Positions 20,203 to 30,722 of a stretch of DNA of 64,000 bases are shown here, in pieces (within the stretch, counting starts at the first letter, position 1; every line of letters begins with the position of its first letter). The stretch is from contig CAKPCJ010000002.1 of the NCBI GenBank assembly GCA_934141575.1, positions 3,899 to 67,898 of the forward strand, given 5' to 3'. The translations under genes were made by a program, and so were the position numbers. This DNA is from an uncultured Bacilli bacterium. GTDB taxonomy: Bacteria; Bacillota_I; Bacilli_A; RF39; UBA660. The notes beneath the pieces are model-generated. The model was not told the origin of the DNA and ran no database searches. It saw nothing but the letters and a program-made list of their open reading frames with translations.

Positions 20203-21231
20203 TTATTTTTTAAAGTTATCAAAAATTTTATTTATATCTGGAAAAAAACTTATAAGTAAAATTAATAGTGCAAAAAATATTATCATTCCTACCATTTCAT
20301 ATGTTTTCCTGCTAGAATTTTGTTTCTTTATATTTGCATCTATTTCATCTTGTCTATTATATATAGGTATTGCTCCCCTTCCAGTATCAAAATCTACATT
20401 CGTACTCAAATTCTGATTAGTAAGATTATCAGAATTAGAATTTTGTCCTATATTTATTTCTTGCTTTTTATCAAGACCACTTGGCATGTCTTCGCTACTG
20501 TTTTTCATATCATCAAAAATAAATCTAGTAACCACTGTTTCAGTTGGAGTTTTTCCATCATTAAAGGTGTCGACATTGTTAGTATCATATTGCATCATTC
20601 CAGCTGTATTATATGTTTCAGGTACCTCTGGTTCTTCAACATTTTCCTGAACTTTTTCCTTTTCAACATTTTCATCAGCATTATACTCCATCATACCTTC
20701 ACTATCAAATTCTGTTTTTTCTGGAATATAATCACTCTTATTATTTGGATCGTATGGAGATATAACATAATCACCATCAGTTTGTAAATCATTATGAAGC
20801 ATCGGATCATAATCCATAAAATCATCACTATACGTAACTTCCTTTGGTACCTCCACTTTAGTTTCAACAGGATTTTTCTCTTTATTTACCTCTGGAGTTG
20901 CAGTTTTTAAGGCTTCTTCATAACTTTCTGACTTCTCATCATCATACATATAAGCTAAAGTATTATCAACATTATTATTTACTTGTTCTCTATTAGAAGT
21001 ACTATATACAGGAGTACCATAATTTTCAACTTGATTTCTATTTGAAGAACTATAAACCAACCTACTACCATCCGGATTAATATATTGATTATCTTGCTGT
21101 ATAAATTGATCTCTATTGGAATTAGTATAAACAGGTGTTCCATAATTATTATTTTCTACATTATTTTTTGATGACACATCCTTAAAATCATCATCATCCA
21201 ACATCTCAAAATCATCATTCATGGTGCACAC
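20203..21231 (-). CDS. Tail-anchored acidic repeat protein (unknown function)
   Basis: 342 aa, very acidic. Two copies of NYGTPVY(T/S)(N/T)SNR(D/E)Q, and a single C-terminal TM helix (MVGMIIFFALLILLISFF) about 15 aa from the end. Confidence 0.45.
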   Translation of the reverse strand: MCTMNDDFEMLDDDDFKDVSSKNNVENNNYGTPVYTNSNRDQFIQQDNQYINPDGSRLVYSSSNRNQVENYGTPVYSTSNREQVNNNVDNTLAYMYDDEKSESYEEALKTATPEVNKEKNPVETKVEVPKEVTYSDDFMDYDPMLHNDLQTDGDYVISPYDPNNKSDYIPEKTEFDSEGMMEYNADENVEKEKVQENVEEPEVPETYNTAGMMQYDTNNVDTFNDGKTPTETVVTRFIFDDMKNSSEDMPSGLDKKQEINIGQNSNSDNLTNQNLSTNVDFDTGRGAIPIYNRQDEIDANIKKQNSSRKTYEMVGMIIFFALLILLISFFPDINKIFDNFKK

Positions 21232-21319
21232 CTCCTAGTATTAATTATTATAACACAAAATAATAAATTTTACTTGATTTTTTTGCTATTTATTTTAAAA
21301 TTATATTAGGTGATTATTT

Positions 21320-21628
21320 TTGAAACAATTTAATATGGTGGATGAAGAATTTATATGTGAAAAATGTGGAGAAAAAATAAACAAACTAAATTACACTGCA
21401 AGAGACCATTGTAATAAATGTTTATACTCTAAACATGTAGATATCAATCCTGGTGATAGAGCAAATTCGTGTAAAGGTCTTCTTAAACCAATAGGAATAG
21501 AAAAATTTAAAGATACATATAAAATAATATACAAATGTGAAAAATGTGGTCAATTGCATAAAAATATTGTTGCTTCCGACGATAATTTTGACTTAATAAT
21601 AGATTTATCTGTAAATAAAAACTTCTAG
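21320..21628 (+). CDS. RNHCP-domain zinc-ribbon protein
   Basis: 102 aa with four CxxC pairs (CEKCGEK, ARDHCNKC, CEKCGQ); the ARDHC motif corresponds to the RNHCP signature. Confidence 0.55.
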   Translation: MKQFNMVDEEFICEKCGEKINKLNYTARDHCNKCLYSKHVDINPGDRANSCKGLLKPIGIEKFKDTYKIIYKCEKCGQLHKNIVASDDNFDLIIDLSVNKNF

Positions 21629-21634
21629 TCTAAA

Positions 21635-22498
21635 CTAGGAGCTTTTTATTGGATTTATATGAATAATAACATATTTAATTTTCAATTCACTTTTACTTTT
21701 TAGTTTGTCTTCAACTTGATGTGCTATAGAATGCGCATCTATTAAAGAAGTATCTTCATTAACCGATATTTGAATTTTTGCCTCATTATAGCTACCGAAT
21801 TTTATAATATCAATATTATCAATTAATTTTACACCAGAAACACTCTTAATAATATTCTTTACATCACTTAAATAATTTTCATCAGCCTCTACTTCGCCTA
21901 AAATTAAATTAATATTCAATCTAAGTATAGATATACCTGTTTTTATAATAAATAACCCTATCAATATAGTGGAAATCATATCTGTATATTTAAAAATTGA
22001 TATTTTATCTGAAAATTGAATTAACAATGACGAAATTAAAACCACTATAGAAGATATAACATCCATGGAACTTTCTTTGCCGCTAGATATTAATATTTGA
22101 TTATTCATTTTTCCACCCATTACGCATAAATATTTTGCAATGAAAAATTTAACAACTATCGTTACTATAGAAGCATAAACAACTATAATACTTGGTATTT
22201 CATTAGACCCACTATTGAAAACAAGTGCTAATCCGAGTACTAATATAACTATACCAATTATTATACTAGTTACATATTCAAGCCTTCCATGACCATATGG
22301 ATGCTCCTTATCAGCAGGTTTATCAGACAACTTTGAACCGACCATAGCAACAACATCGGTAGCCAAATCAGATAAAGAATGCACGCCATCTGCTAAAAGA
22401 GCATTTGACTTTCCAATAAAACCTATAATAAATTTAATAAATACTAAAACTGTATTAACAATAAAACTTTTAAGTAATACAGTAGTAACCTTATTCAA
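21635..22498 (-). CDS. Cation diffusion facilitator family transporter (CzcD-like)
   Basis: 287 aa. 6 TM helices, the ADGVHSLSD motif in TM2, a His-rich loop (HPYGHGR) and a C-terminal cytoplasmic domain. Confidence 0.85.
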   Translation of the reverse strand: MNKVTTVLLKSFIVNTVLVFIKFIIGFIGKSNALLADGVHSLSDLATDVVAMVGSKLSDKPADKEHPYGHGRLEYVTSIIIGIVILVLGLALVFNSGSNEIPSIIVVYASIVTIVVKFFIAKYLCVMGGKMNNQILISSGKESSMDVISSIVVLISSLLIQFSDKISIFKYTDMISTILIGLFIIKTGISILRLNINLILGEVEADENYLSDVKNIIKSVSGVKLIDNIDIIKFGSYNEAKIQISVNEDTSLIDAHSIAHQVEDKLKSKSELKIKYVIIHINPIKSS

Positions 22499-22510
22499 TA
22501 TACCACATCC

Positions 22511-25084
22511 CTATTTTAATTCATACCAATTATTACCACTATCAATTTCAACAACCAATGGTACAGAAAGTTTATAAGTATTTTCCATAGTTTCCTTTAC
22601 TATTTTTTCAATTTCTTCTCTTTCTTCATTAACAACATTAAACATGAGCTCATCATGTATTTGGATAATCATTTTACTTTTTAACCCTTTTTCTTTTATT
22701 TTCTGATAAATTTCTATCATAGCCTTTTTTATTATATCTGCACTTGTTCCTTGAATAGGAGTATTCAATGCCATTCTCTCGCCACTGCTTCTTATCATAT
22801 AATTAGTATTTTTAAGTTCATCTATTACTCTTCTCCTGCCCATTAAAGTAGTCACTGTAAATGTTTCATACGCCTTTTTTATAACCTTATCCATGTATTC
22901 TTTAACACCAGGGTATTCTTCAAAATACTTATTCATAAATTTTTTAGCATTAGCGGGCGAAATGCCTATATCCTCTGACAATCCAAAAGCACTTATACCA
23001 TATATTATGCCAAAGTTTACTGCTTTAGCATGTCTTCGCATATCTTTTGTAACAGCTTCTATTGGTACATCAAAGATATCAGAAGCAGTTTTAGTATGTA
23101 TATCTATTCCGTTAATAAATGCACTTTTAAGTTCATCAACTCCAGAATAATGAGCGAGTATTCTAAGTTCAATCTGAGAATAATCACTAGTTATAAATAT
23201 ACTATTATCTTCAGGAATAAAGCACTTTCTAACTAACCTACCAACCTCATATCTAATAGGAATATTTTGAAGATTAGGTTCACTAGAAGAAAGACGACCT
23301 GTTCTAGTAAGTGTTTGATTGAATATAGTATGAATTTTTCCATCTTCCATTATATAAGGTTTTAATCCAACAATATAAGTCCCATATAATTTAGTAAGCA
23401 TTCTATATTCAATAATTTTAGGTATAATTGGATGTTTATCGATCATCTTGGCTAAAACATCTGCATTTGTTGAATATCCACTCTTGGTTTTTTTACTACT
23501 TGGAAGGGACAATTTTTCAAATAAAACTTCACCTAATTGTTTAGGAGATGAAATATTAAACTTTGTACCTGCCAAATCATAAATTTCATCTGAAATCATT
23601 TCTATTTTTACTTCAAATTCTTCTTTCATTTTATCCAAAGTATCAATATTTACCCTAATTCCAGTACTTTCCATATCCTCTAACACATATGTTAACGGAA
23701 GCTCTAAATCAGTATATAAATAACACATATTCTCATTATTTAATTTATTCTTCAACTTGTCATTTGTTTCATACAAAAACAAACACTTTTTAACACTAGA
23801 ATTTATAAATTTATCCTCATCATGTAATACATTTTCATTAAAATCAATATTATACTCAAATTGGTTTGCTAAATAAGCAACATCATCTTTCAAATTATAA
23901 TTAAGTAAATAAGCCTCAATCATAATATCATCTACATCTTTAAGTTCTATGTTAAATCTTCTCAAAATGCTTAACATTTTTTTTAAATCATATGTTACTT
24001 TAAAATATTGTTTATATTTATCAACAACCTTACCAACTAAACTTTTATCAACATAGTAAAATTTACTACCATCATAAATACTCATTCCAACTATATTTGC
24101 AAAATGATAATTTATATTGTCTAGCTCTATCAAAAATGCTGAATCACTATCTATTGATATATCACTTAAATCATTAACACGAATTAAATTTATATTTTTT
24201 TCTTCTACTTTATTTGATTCATATTTTTTTACAAAAGAAAAAAATTCTAATTCTTTATACTTTTCTATTAATTCATCACTTACTATATTTTCATATTTTA
24301 AATCCTCTAAAGTAAAATCAAGTGGAACCTCTCTATATATAGTAACCAATTCTTTACTAATCATTGCATCTTCTTTACCTAACAATAATTTTTCTTTTGT
24401 TTTACCACCAATGCTATCTATATTATCATAAATATTTTCAACAGTTTTATACTCGCTCAAAAGCTTTAAAGCTCCCTTTTCGCCTATCCCATTTACACCC
24501 TTTATATTATCTGAGGAATCTCCTGCAATCGCTTTTAGATCAATCATGTTAATTGGTTCAATACCATATATTTCATAAAATTTATCACGATTCATCATAA
24601 TGCAATCATTTTGCTTTAAATGTTTTACAACTATTTTATCAGAAATAAGTTGCAATAAATCTTTATCACTACTAACTATAGTTCCAATGTAATCATTGCT
24701 TTTATCTATCCATGAAGAAAGTGTACCAATTATATCATCCGCCTCATAATTGTCTATTTCAAACCATTTAATCTTCATTAAAGTTAATAGCTCTTTAACA
24801 ATTTTAAACTGTTGTTTAAGATCATCTGGAGTTTCTATTCTTCCACCCTTATAAAAATCATATTTAGCATGCCTAAAAGTTTTTCCCTTATCAAACGCTA
24901 TCAACATATATTCTGGTTTATCTTCTTGAATTATTTTATTTATCATATTTATAAAACCATAAAGTGCATTTGTAGGAATGCCCTTAGAATTTTTCATTAT
25001 GTTTCCAGAATACATAGTTGCGTAATAGCTTCTGAACATTAAATTATTTCCATCTATTAAAACTACTTTCTTCATAATCATCAC
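22511..25084 (-). CDS. polA: DNA polymerase I
   Basis: 857 aa. 5'-3' exonuclease N-terminus (DGNNLMFRSYYA); polymerase motif A (DYSQIELR), motif B (RRHAKAVNFGIIYG) and motif C (QIHDELMF). Confidence 0.95.
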   Translation of the reverse strand: MMIMKKVVLIDGNNLMFRSYYATMYSGNIMKNSKGIPTNALYGFINMINKIIQEDKPEYMLIAFDKGKTFRHAKYDFYKGGRIETPDDLKQQFKIVKELLTLMKIKWFEIDNYEADDIIGTLSSWIDKSNDYIGTIVSSDKDLLQLISDKIVVKHLKQNDCIMMNRDKFYEIYGIEPINMIDLKAIAGDSSDNIKGVNGIGEKGALKLLSEYKTVENIYDNIDSIGGKTKEKLLLGKEDAMISKELVTIYREVPLDFTLEDLKYENIVSDELIEKYKELEFFSFVKKYESNKVEEKNINLIRVNDLSDISIDSDSAFLIELDNINYHFANIVGMSIYDGSKFYYVDKSLVGKVVDKYKQYFKVTYDLKKMLSILRRFNIELKDVDDIMIEAYLLNYNLKDDVAYLANQFEYNIDFNENVLHDEDKFINSSVKKCLFLYETNDKLKNKLNNENMCYLYTDLELPLTYVLEDMESTGIRVNIDTLDKMKEEFEVKIEMISDEIYDLAGTKFNISSPKQLGEVLFEKLSLPSSKKTKSGYSTNADVLAKMIDKHPIIPKIIEYRMLTKLYGTYIVGLKPYIMEDGKIHTIFNQTLTRTGRLSSSEPNLQNIPIRYEVGRLVRKCFIPEDNSIFITSDYSQIELRILAHYSGVDELKSAFINGIDIHTKTASDIFDVPIEAVTKDMRRHAKAVNFGIIYGISAFGLSEDIGISPANAKKFMNKYFEEYPGVKEYMDKVIKKAYETFTVTTLMGRRRVIDELKNTNYMIRSSGERMALNTPIQGTSADIIKKAMIEIYQKIKEKGLKSKMIIQIHDELMFNVVNEEREEIEKIVKETMENTYKLSVPLVVEIDSGNNWYELK

Positions 25085-25329
25085 CCAATATAATAACTAT
25101 AACATAAAAATAAAAAGAAGAAAATATTCTTCTTTATCTATATAAACACTTATCACGTGTCCCTATATATTATGATAATTAAAATTATTTGTTACCTATA
25201 TTTTAACTGCTTTATTTCTCACTATTTAAATAATTTACATAACCATTAATTTTCTAAATTTTAAAACCTAAAATTTCTATTATTGGTATCTTTAAACACT
25301 CCAATATATCTTTTATTAATACAATTATT

Positions 25330-28300
25330 TTACTTATGAACGCCATTATAATCAATCAATTTGACATTATTTATATAAGTATTTAATACTTGTACCATTT
25401 TATTATAGCCATCCTCACTCATATTACTAGAAACAAAATTATCATGAGGATATTTTCCTCTTCTACTAGCTAAATGATTTTCACCAAAATCCCATATATA
25501 ATAACTATCTTTAAATTCTGAAAAATTTTTCCCAACGGACATTTTGATAAAGTCTGTTGCAGCATCAACAAATGAACCACCATTCTGCAGAATCCAATTT
25601 TCAATTCCAACTCCACCAAGGCCTCCTTGAGGAGTTTCTCCACGATTAGGTTTATATACCCCAGCTTGTTTTAAAACTTCTTTTGCAAGAAGAATATTCG
25701 CAACAACATATTTATACTTTTTAGGATCTATTTTTTTAATTGTAGAAAGCCTATCCTGTAATGCCATATCAGTTGAATATGAAACTTTATCTGTTTTTTT
25801 ATCAAATGTTATATCTATATCAACTATAGTCTCTGCATCAATTTCAACATTTTTTAATCTAAAATCACCATCAGCAGTTAATTCTGAAGAACCATCTTTT
25901 CCAAAATTTTTAAGCATTTTTTTCTTAAGTTGTTCAACTTTACATGAATCAGATAATATTGATTTATCTAATCTCATCATAAAGTCAAAATCGCCATCAC
26001 CAAGTTTATTTGTCCCTCTTCCAGTAGAACCTGTGTCAATTAATTCGACAATTCCTTCTGTTAAATCGCCATCCATATAAGTCTTCAATTGTAAATCAAG
26101 TTCACCAAGAGATTTTTTTATAACCGCAGTAATTTTTTCTCTTTTTTCATGAATTTCATAACCATACTTTTCTACTTGATCCGCAAAATGTTGTGTATCC
26201 TCTGTTATCAAATTATTTGAAAAAACATAATTATTTTCACCATAATATGATAACCCAGACATTTTTTTCCTCAATTTATCATAATCATTTGGAGTAAATA
26301 TGATTTTACCATTTTTATCAGCAACCGGAATATAAAAACCATTCATTGCAATCTCAAGTCCAACCCTAGAATCATAATCTTCCATAACTACATAATTAAT
26401 TTCACTTGATGCAAATCCTGTTCTAATTCCATAATGATCTTTACCAACCACTCCAGTATAAAATACTTCCATTTTAGTCATATCCTTTTTTGCATCAAAT
26501 GTCCTATTACTATCTCTAGTAATCATAAATCTATCATCATTTTTTAATACGAACCATATTGGCCCGTAAGAATTTGCAGCAGTAGAATTTATTTTATCAG
26601 ATATTGTACTATCATTTGTTATAATCATTGACACATCAGTATCTAGCGGTGTAAAATCACTACCTGCGCTAGCACCAAGATATTCTTTTGAAATACTACC
26701 ATTTTGTAAGATATCTTTTAAATAATTAACACTTCCAATACCTTTAATGAAATCCCCTCGCTCTAAAATCATATCATAACCTGCTGCATTTCTATTTTTT
26801 TCATCAGCCGTTGTAATTTTTTTATAAATATATTTCTTTGCTTGACTTAATGTATTGATTCCAGCAAATCCACAAAACATCCTAATAACTCTATCACCTA
26901 AGTTATAATCCAGCGTTCCGTTTGGCGACATTTTTTTTGAAAGTTCTAATAAATCGTCCATAACACTCCCAGTTAATTTAACCTCTTCAACCATTTTCTT
27001 GGCTTGTAAAGTATTATTATATAAAGTTGCTAAATGTCTACTAAAAATAAGGAGTTCATCTTTTTCCACTTGATCAAGTTCATCATACTGAATTTGTCCT
27101 TTTCTTATACTCTCGTATAATTTCGATGCAAAATCAATATTATTTAAATAATCATTAACCGACCTATTATTTGAGCCAAAGGAACACTTAATTAAATCTG
27201 AAAAAATTACTATATTTTTCCCCATTAATGTTGATGATTTCAAAACAGGTGAAATCATAGAATTATCAAAGTTAAATCCTTCAAAATTAGGATGTAATAT
27301 ATCAAAGCAAGAATATATTTTTCCTACTGTAGGAATATTATTTTTAACAAAGAGTGACTCAATTTTATCAAATGTCTCAAAGGGATTGTCAGACTTTAAT
27401 ATTTGAGGAGCAAGTTCTTTTCTAAATGTAAATATTTCACTTGAGTTAGACGTTAAAAGCTTTGATAATATATCCGATGCATATTGTACTTTTTTAGTAT
27501 CTATATCATTACCACACTCTAATACATATTCTCTAAAAGCGTCTTTTAGTTCAACATCTGGAATTTTTAAAAATTCAGTAACGCCCTTAAATTTGCCACT
27601 ATTAATAATATTTTTGAATTGTTTTAATATTTCACTAAAATTTGATTTTTCAGAAAAAACAAGCTCACTTGATAAAGACCTAGGGAAGAGAAAACATGAT
27701 TTATCAAAAATAATTTCTAACGCGTTTGAATTATCAGTGATAAATTTAATAGTAGTATTAAAATCCGAATTTTCACTTATAAAATGATACAAATTTTCAC
27801 TCTCTAAATAGGAATCTGATTTTCTTATTTCAATATTTCTACTCTTAAAACAAGATTCTAAATTCTTGCCATTTAAATATTCAATATATTCAGGATGTTT
27901 CACAAGTAATTGAGGTGTAATTGATTTCGTATAAAATGCTTTTTTTAATTCTTCTGGAGATTGATCCGATATAAATAATTCGGGATTTTTTATCCTAAAA
28001 GCCCCAGTTATATCTCTATAATCAGGACATTTATCCGCAAAAGTAGAATCGCTAGGTCCATACACTATCATTCGTCTAATGGCCTCATAAAACTCATCTT
28101 TTGTATATGGCTTGTAAGAGCCAAGATTGTTTTCGCTATAAATTTCCTTGGTAATTATACTAGTTCTTGTATCCGGATTATTCGTTGCATAATGAAGATA
28201 TAATGAATACATATTTTTTAGCATTTCATAATTATTTTTAGTAAAAAAATGTCCACATTCATCATCAAATTCAATAACGTTTTTTAAACCATACTCACTT

Positions 28301-29235
28301 AAAAAAGATAATACATTTCTATTTTTTAAAATTGAAAATGGGATTGAAATATCTAATAAATGAAATTCTGACAAATTCAAATATTTTAATTCACTAAGTA
28401 TTTTATTTGTCACCATCTCATCTGAATTTTTTGTTAAATATTCTTCAATAGATGAATATTTAAAAAGTTGATTATACTGTTCATTTGTCAAACTTGAGTT
28501 ATTAAATTCTTGATCAATCGTATCTAAAATCGAGTCTGTCACTTTCTTTATGACTTTTTTTCTTTCAAATTCACTCTTTGAATTATTTATTTCACTTATA
28601 AATGTATAAATATTCGTTTTTAAAAGTATCAATTCTGCAATGCTATCAAATTCACCCATAAACTGCTTTAACTGATTATCACTAATTCCAAATTCATTAT
28701 TACGATCTCTAATCAAACAATAACTTAAATCCTTGTCCTTGTATAAATCCCAATTAAAAATCAACTCTTTAAGAGAAAGCTCCCCATGATTAAATTTCCA
28801 TTTTTGACTACGCAAATCATCAGAATCGCCTTCTAAAATAGGTAATATTCTATCCTTGTAAAACTCTTTCATACTTGATGAATAATCACTAGGTTTCATT
28901 TGATCTTTGATCATTTCATACAAAGTCTCATTTAAATTCTGAATATTTTCGTCAAAACTCATTATAATCTTTTTTAAATCATTTTCACCATTATAAATAC
29001 CATAATCTAGCAATTCCCAATCTAACTGTTTTGCTTTTTCCAACCCAAACTTTTTCACTATTTGTCTATCTCTAACATCTAAACAGGTTATTGGAATCTT
29101 ATCATCTAATTTATATTCTATAAACTCACTAAATAAAAGTGTACAATTATAAACTTTAAATAAAATATCTTTCGGAAGATCTAGTTTTTTACGAAATATT
29201 TGAGTTCTTTGATACTTATACCTCACTACTATCAC
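25330..29235 (-). CDS. Large cytoplasmic hypothetical protein with C-terminal Pol-beta-superfamily nucleotidyltransferase domain
   Basis: 1301 aa, no signal peptide, TM helix or Walker motifs. About aa 1040-1060 reads ELIDTGSTGRGTNKLGDGDFDFMM, which fits hG[GS]-x9-DhD. A third acidic beta-strand, VEIDAETIVDIDITF, lies about 50 aa later, followed by a helical segment with GGLGGVGIENWILQNGG. The first 1000 aa or so are unassigned. Confidence 0.5.
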   Translation of the reverse strand: MIVVRYKYQRTQIFRKKLDLPKDILFKVYNCTLLFSEFIEYKLDDKIPITCLDVRDRQIVKKFGLEKAKQLDWELLDYGIYNGENDLKKIIMSFDENIQNLNETLYEMIKDQMKPSDYSSSMKEFYKDRILPILEGDSDDLRSQKWKFNHGELSLKELIFNWDLYKDKDLSYCLIRDRNNEFGISDNQLKQFMGEFDSIAELILLKTNIYTFISEINNSKSEFERKKVIKKVTDSILDTIDQEFNNSSLTNEQYNQLFKYSSIEEYLTKNSDEMVTNKILSELKYLNLSEFHLLDISIPFSILKNRNVLSFLSEYGLKNVIEFDDECGHFFTKNNYEMLKNMYSLYLHYATNNPDTRTSIITKEIYSENNLGSYKPYTKDEFYEAIRRMIVYGPSDSTFADKCPDYRDITGAFRIKNPELFISDQSPEELKKAFYTKSITPQLLVKHPEYIEYLNGKNLESCFKSRNIEIRKSDSYLESENLYHFISENSDFNTTIKFITDNSNALEIIFDKSCFLFPRSLSSELVFSEKSNFSEILKQFKNIINSGKFKGVTEFLKIPDVELKDAFREYVLECGNDIDTKKVQYASDILSKLLTSNSSEIFTFRKELAPQILKSDNPFETFDKIESLFVKNNIPTVGKIYSCFDILHPNFEGFNFDNSMISPVLKSSTLMGKNIVIFSDLIKCSFGSNNRSVNDYLNNIDFASKLYESIRKGQIQYDELDQVEKDELLIFSRHLATLYNNTLQAKKMVEEVKLTGSVMDDLLELSKKMSPNGTLDYNLGDRVIRMFCGFAGINTLSQAKKYIYKKITTADEKNRNAAGYDMILERGDFIKGIGSVNYLKDILQNGSISKEYLGASAGSDFTPLDTDVSMIITNDSTISDKINSTAANSYGPIWFVLKNDDRFMITRDSNRTFDAKKDMTKMEVFYTGVVGKDHYGIRTGFASSEINYVVMEDYDSRVGLEIAMNGFYIPVADKNGKIIFTPNDYDKLRKKMSGLSYYGENNYVFSNNLITEDTQHFADQVEKYGYEIHEKREKITAVIKKSLGELDLQLKTYMDGDLTEGIVELIDTGSTGRGTNKLGDGDFDFMMRLDKSILSDSCKVEQLKKKMLKNFGKDGSSELTADGDFRLKNVEIDAETIVDIDITFDKKTDKVSYSTDMALQDRLSTIKKIDPKKYKYVVANILLAKEVLKQAGVYKPNRGETPQGGLGGVGIENWILQNGGSFVDAATDFIKMSVGKNFSEFKDSYYIWDFGENHLASRRGKYPHDNFVSSNMSEDGYNKMVQVLNTYINNVKLIDYNGVHK

Positions 29236-29367
29236 CTACAACTATTTTATCACATTTATAACTTATAATCCAAATATATAAAAATTAACTGGTTAATAAA
29301 AAAACTACCAATAATTATATTGATAGCCTTTTAAACATTAAATCATTCTTTCATATATTTATGAAAT

Positions 29368-29718
29368 TTAAATATTCATTTCATAAAAATTAAAATCAAA
29401 AGAACTTCTAATTATCTTATATTTTTCGTGTTCTAATATTCTTAACATCTGAGTATTATTTTTCTCTATTTCTAAAGAAATTACATTTATATTTAACTTT
29501 CTAAACTCATTAATAAGTAAATTAAATGCCTCTTTACCATAATTATTTCCTCTATATTCTGGTTTAATATAAATATACATCATATTATTACCTTTTTTTG
29601 ATATAGCTGATATACCAATCATTGCATTATTTAAAAGTATTTCATAATAAAAATCATATTCTACATGTCTTTCTAAAAATATGCTTGAAACACTATTATT
29701 ACTTTTTAATGTTACCAT
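29368..29718 (-). CDS. GNAT family N-acetyltransferase (small)
   Basis: 116 aa. Acetyl-CoA binding motif IKPEYRGNNYGKEAFNLLINEF. Overlaps the upstream ORF by 20 nt. Confidence 0.55.
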   Translation of the reverse strand: MVTLKSNNSVSSIFLERHVEYDFYYEILLNNAMIGISAISKKGNNMMYIYIKPEYRGNNYGKEAFNLLINEFRKLNINVISLEIEKNNTQMLRILEHEKYKIIRSSFDFNFYEMNI

Positions 29719-30679
29719 CTTTTTCTCCCTCCATTGTAAAGTTAAAATCTAATATATCTTTAAAATATGATTGCATAAATTCATTAAAAGATTTATATTT
29801 TAAAGTTTGTTCTTTTAATTGGTCAATTGCATTTGCTGTAAATCTATTTGACTTTAAAATCATATTTTTCGTAAATAATATTAATTCTTCATCAGAAAGA
29901 ATTGTAGATTCACCCTTAAAGTTTTTCAAAACAGAACGCCCAGTTTTACTATAATTACTATCATATTCATTTCCCAAATGAACATAGCTATTTAGATATT
30001 GTTCCATTCTTTCACTAGTTTCATATATTCGTTTAGTTTGATCAAAGCAAATATATTTATGTAAACAATACACCGTCTCACCCTTAAAATTCGTAGTCTT
30101 TTCAACTTTAGTATAAAATTCATCCATACAACTTATTGGTTGAAACATATTAATCAAATATTTGCAATATGTTTTTATAAAATCAATTTTTGTGGTTTTA
30201 ACTGGTATTGTATATCTTTTTTGCAATTCATCTTTTTCTTCATCACTATTACACCTGCATTTTGCAGATAAATACAATAATCTCATTACCATAAAACGGT
30301 GCATACCATTAGTGAACACCAAGTATTTATTTGTATCAAATTCGATCAAACCCATTGGTTCTTCCCTGAAACTTCTCTGTAAGCCATTAATAACATTAGC
30401 ATCATCATATTCAAGCATGCTTATAGCTCTAGAATGATAACCATCTCCGCCTTCACAAAAAAATGAATCTAACGCATAAGGAAAAAACTTTGGAATACTA
30501 TTTGAAATAGAATATATTCCTATCATATTTTCTACAGACACATCTTCATTAATTGATTCGCCCTGTATTTCATATTTACTTATTATTTCGTTTACACTTC
30601 TTCCATCATATATATTTTCATCAATTTGAGATATATCTATAGAATTTTTTTCAATAAATTTTTTATTACAATCATTCAT
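29699..30679 (-). CDS. Hypothetical protein with ParB/Srx-like (DGQHR/DGQQR-type) motif
   Basis: 326 aa. The segment KYLVFTNGMHRFMVMRLLYL resembles the hhh-x-DG-x-HR-h-x-A motif of the ParB/sulfiredoxin-fold nuclease-NTPase domains (DndB DGQHR, DUF262 DGQQR). Otherwise unassigned. Confidence 0.35.
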   Translation of the reverse strand: MNDCNKKFIEKNSIDISQIDENIYDGRSVNEIISKYEIQGESINEDVSVENMIGIYSISNSIPKFFPYALDSFFCEGGDGYHSRAISMLEYDDANVINGLQRSFREEPMGLIEFDTNKYLVFTNGMHRFMVMRLLYLSAKCRCNSDEEKDELQKRYTIPVKTTKIDFIKTYCKYLINMFQPISCMDEFYTKVEKTTNFKGETVYCLHKYICFDQTKRIYETSERMEQYLNSYVHLGNEYDSNYSKTGRSVLKNFKGESTILSDEELILFTKNMILKSNRFTANAIDQLKEQTLKYKSFNEFMQSYFKDILDFNFTMEGEKDGNIKK

Positions 30680-30722
30680 ATTATCACGCCCTACAAATAA
30701 ATTATATCATATGATTAATATT

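Noticed and set aside
20320-20787. 155-aa plus-strand ORF antisense to the acidic tail-anchored protein gene
   Set aside because: An Ile/Phe/Ser-rich product arising from antisense reading of an AT-rich gene. No motif or RBS.
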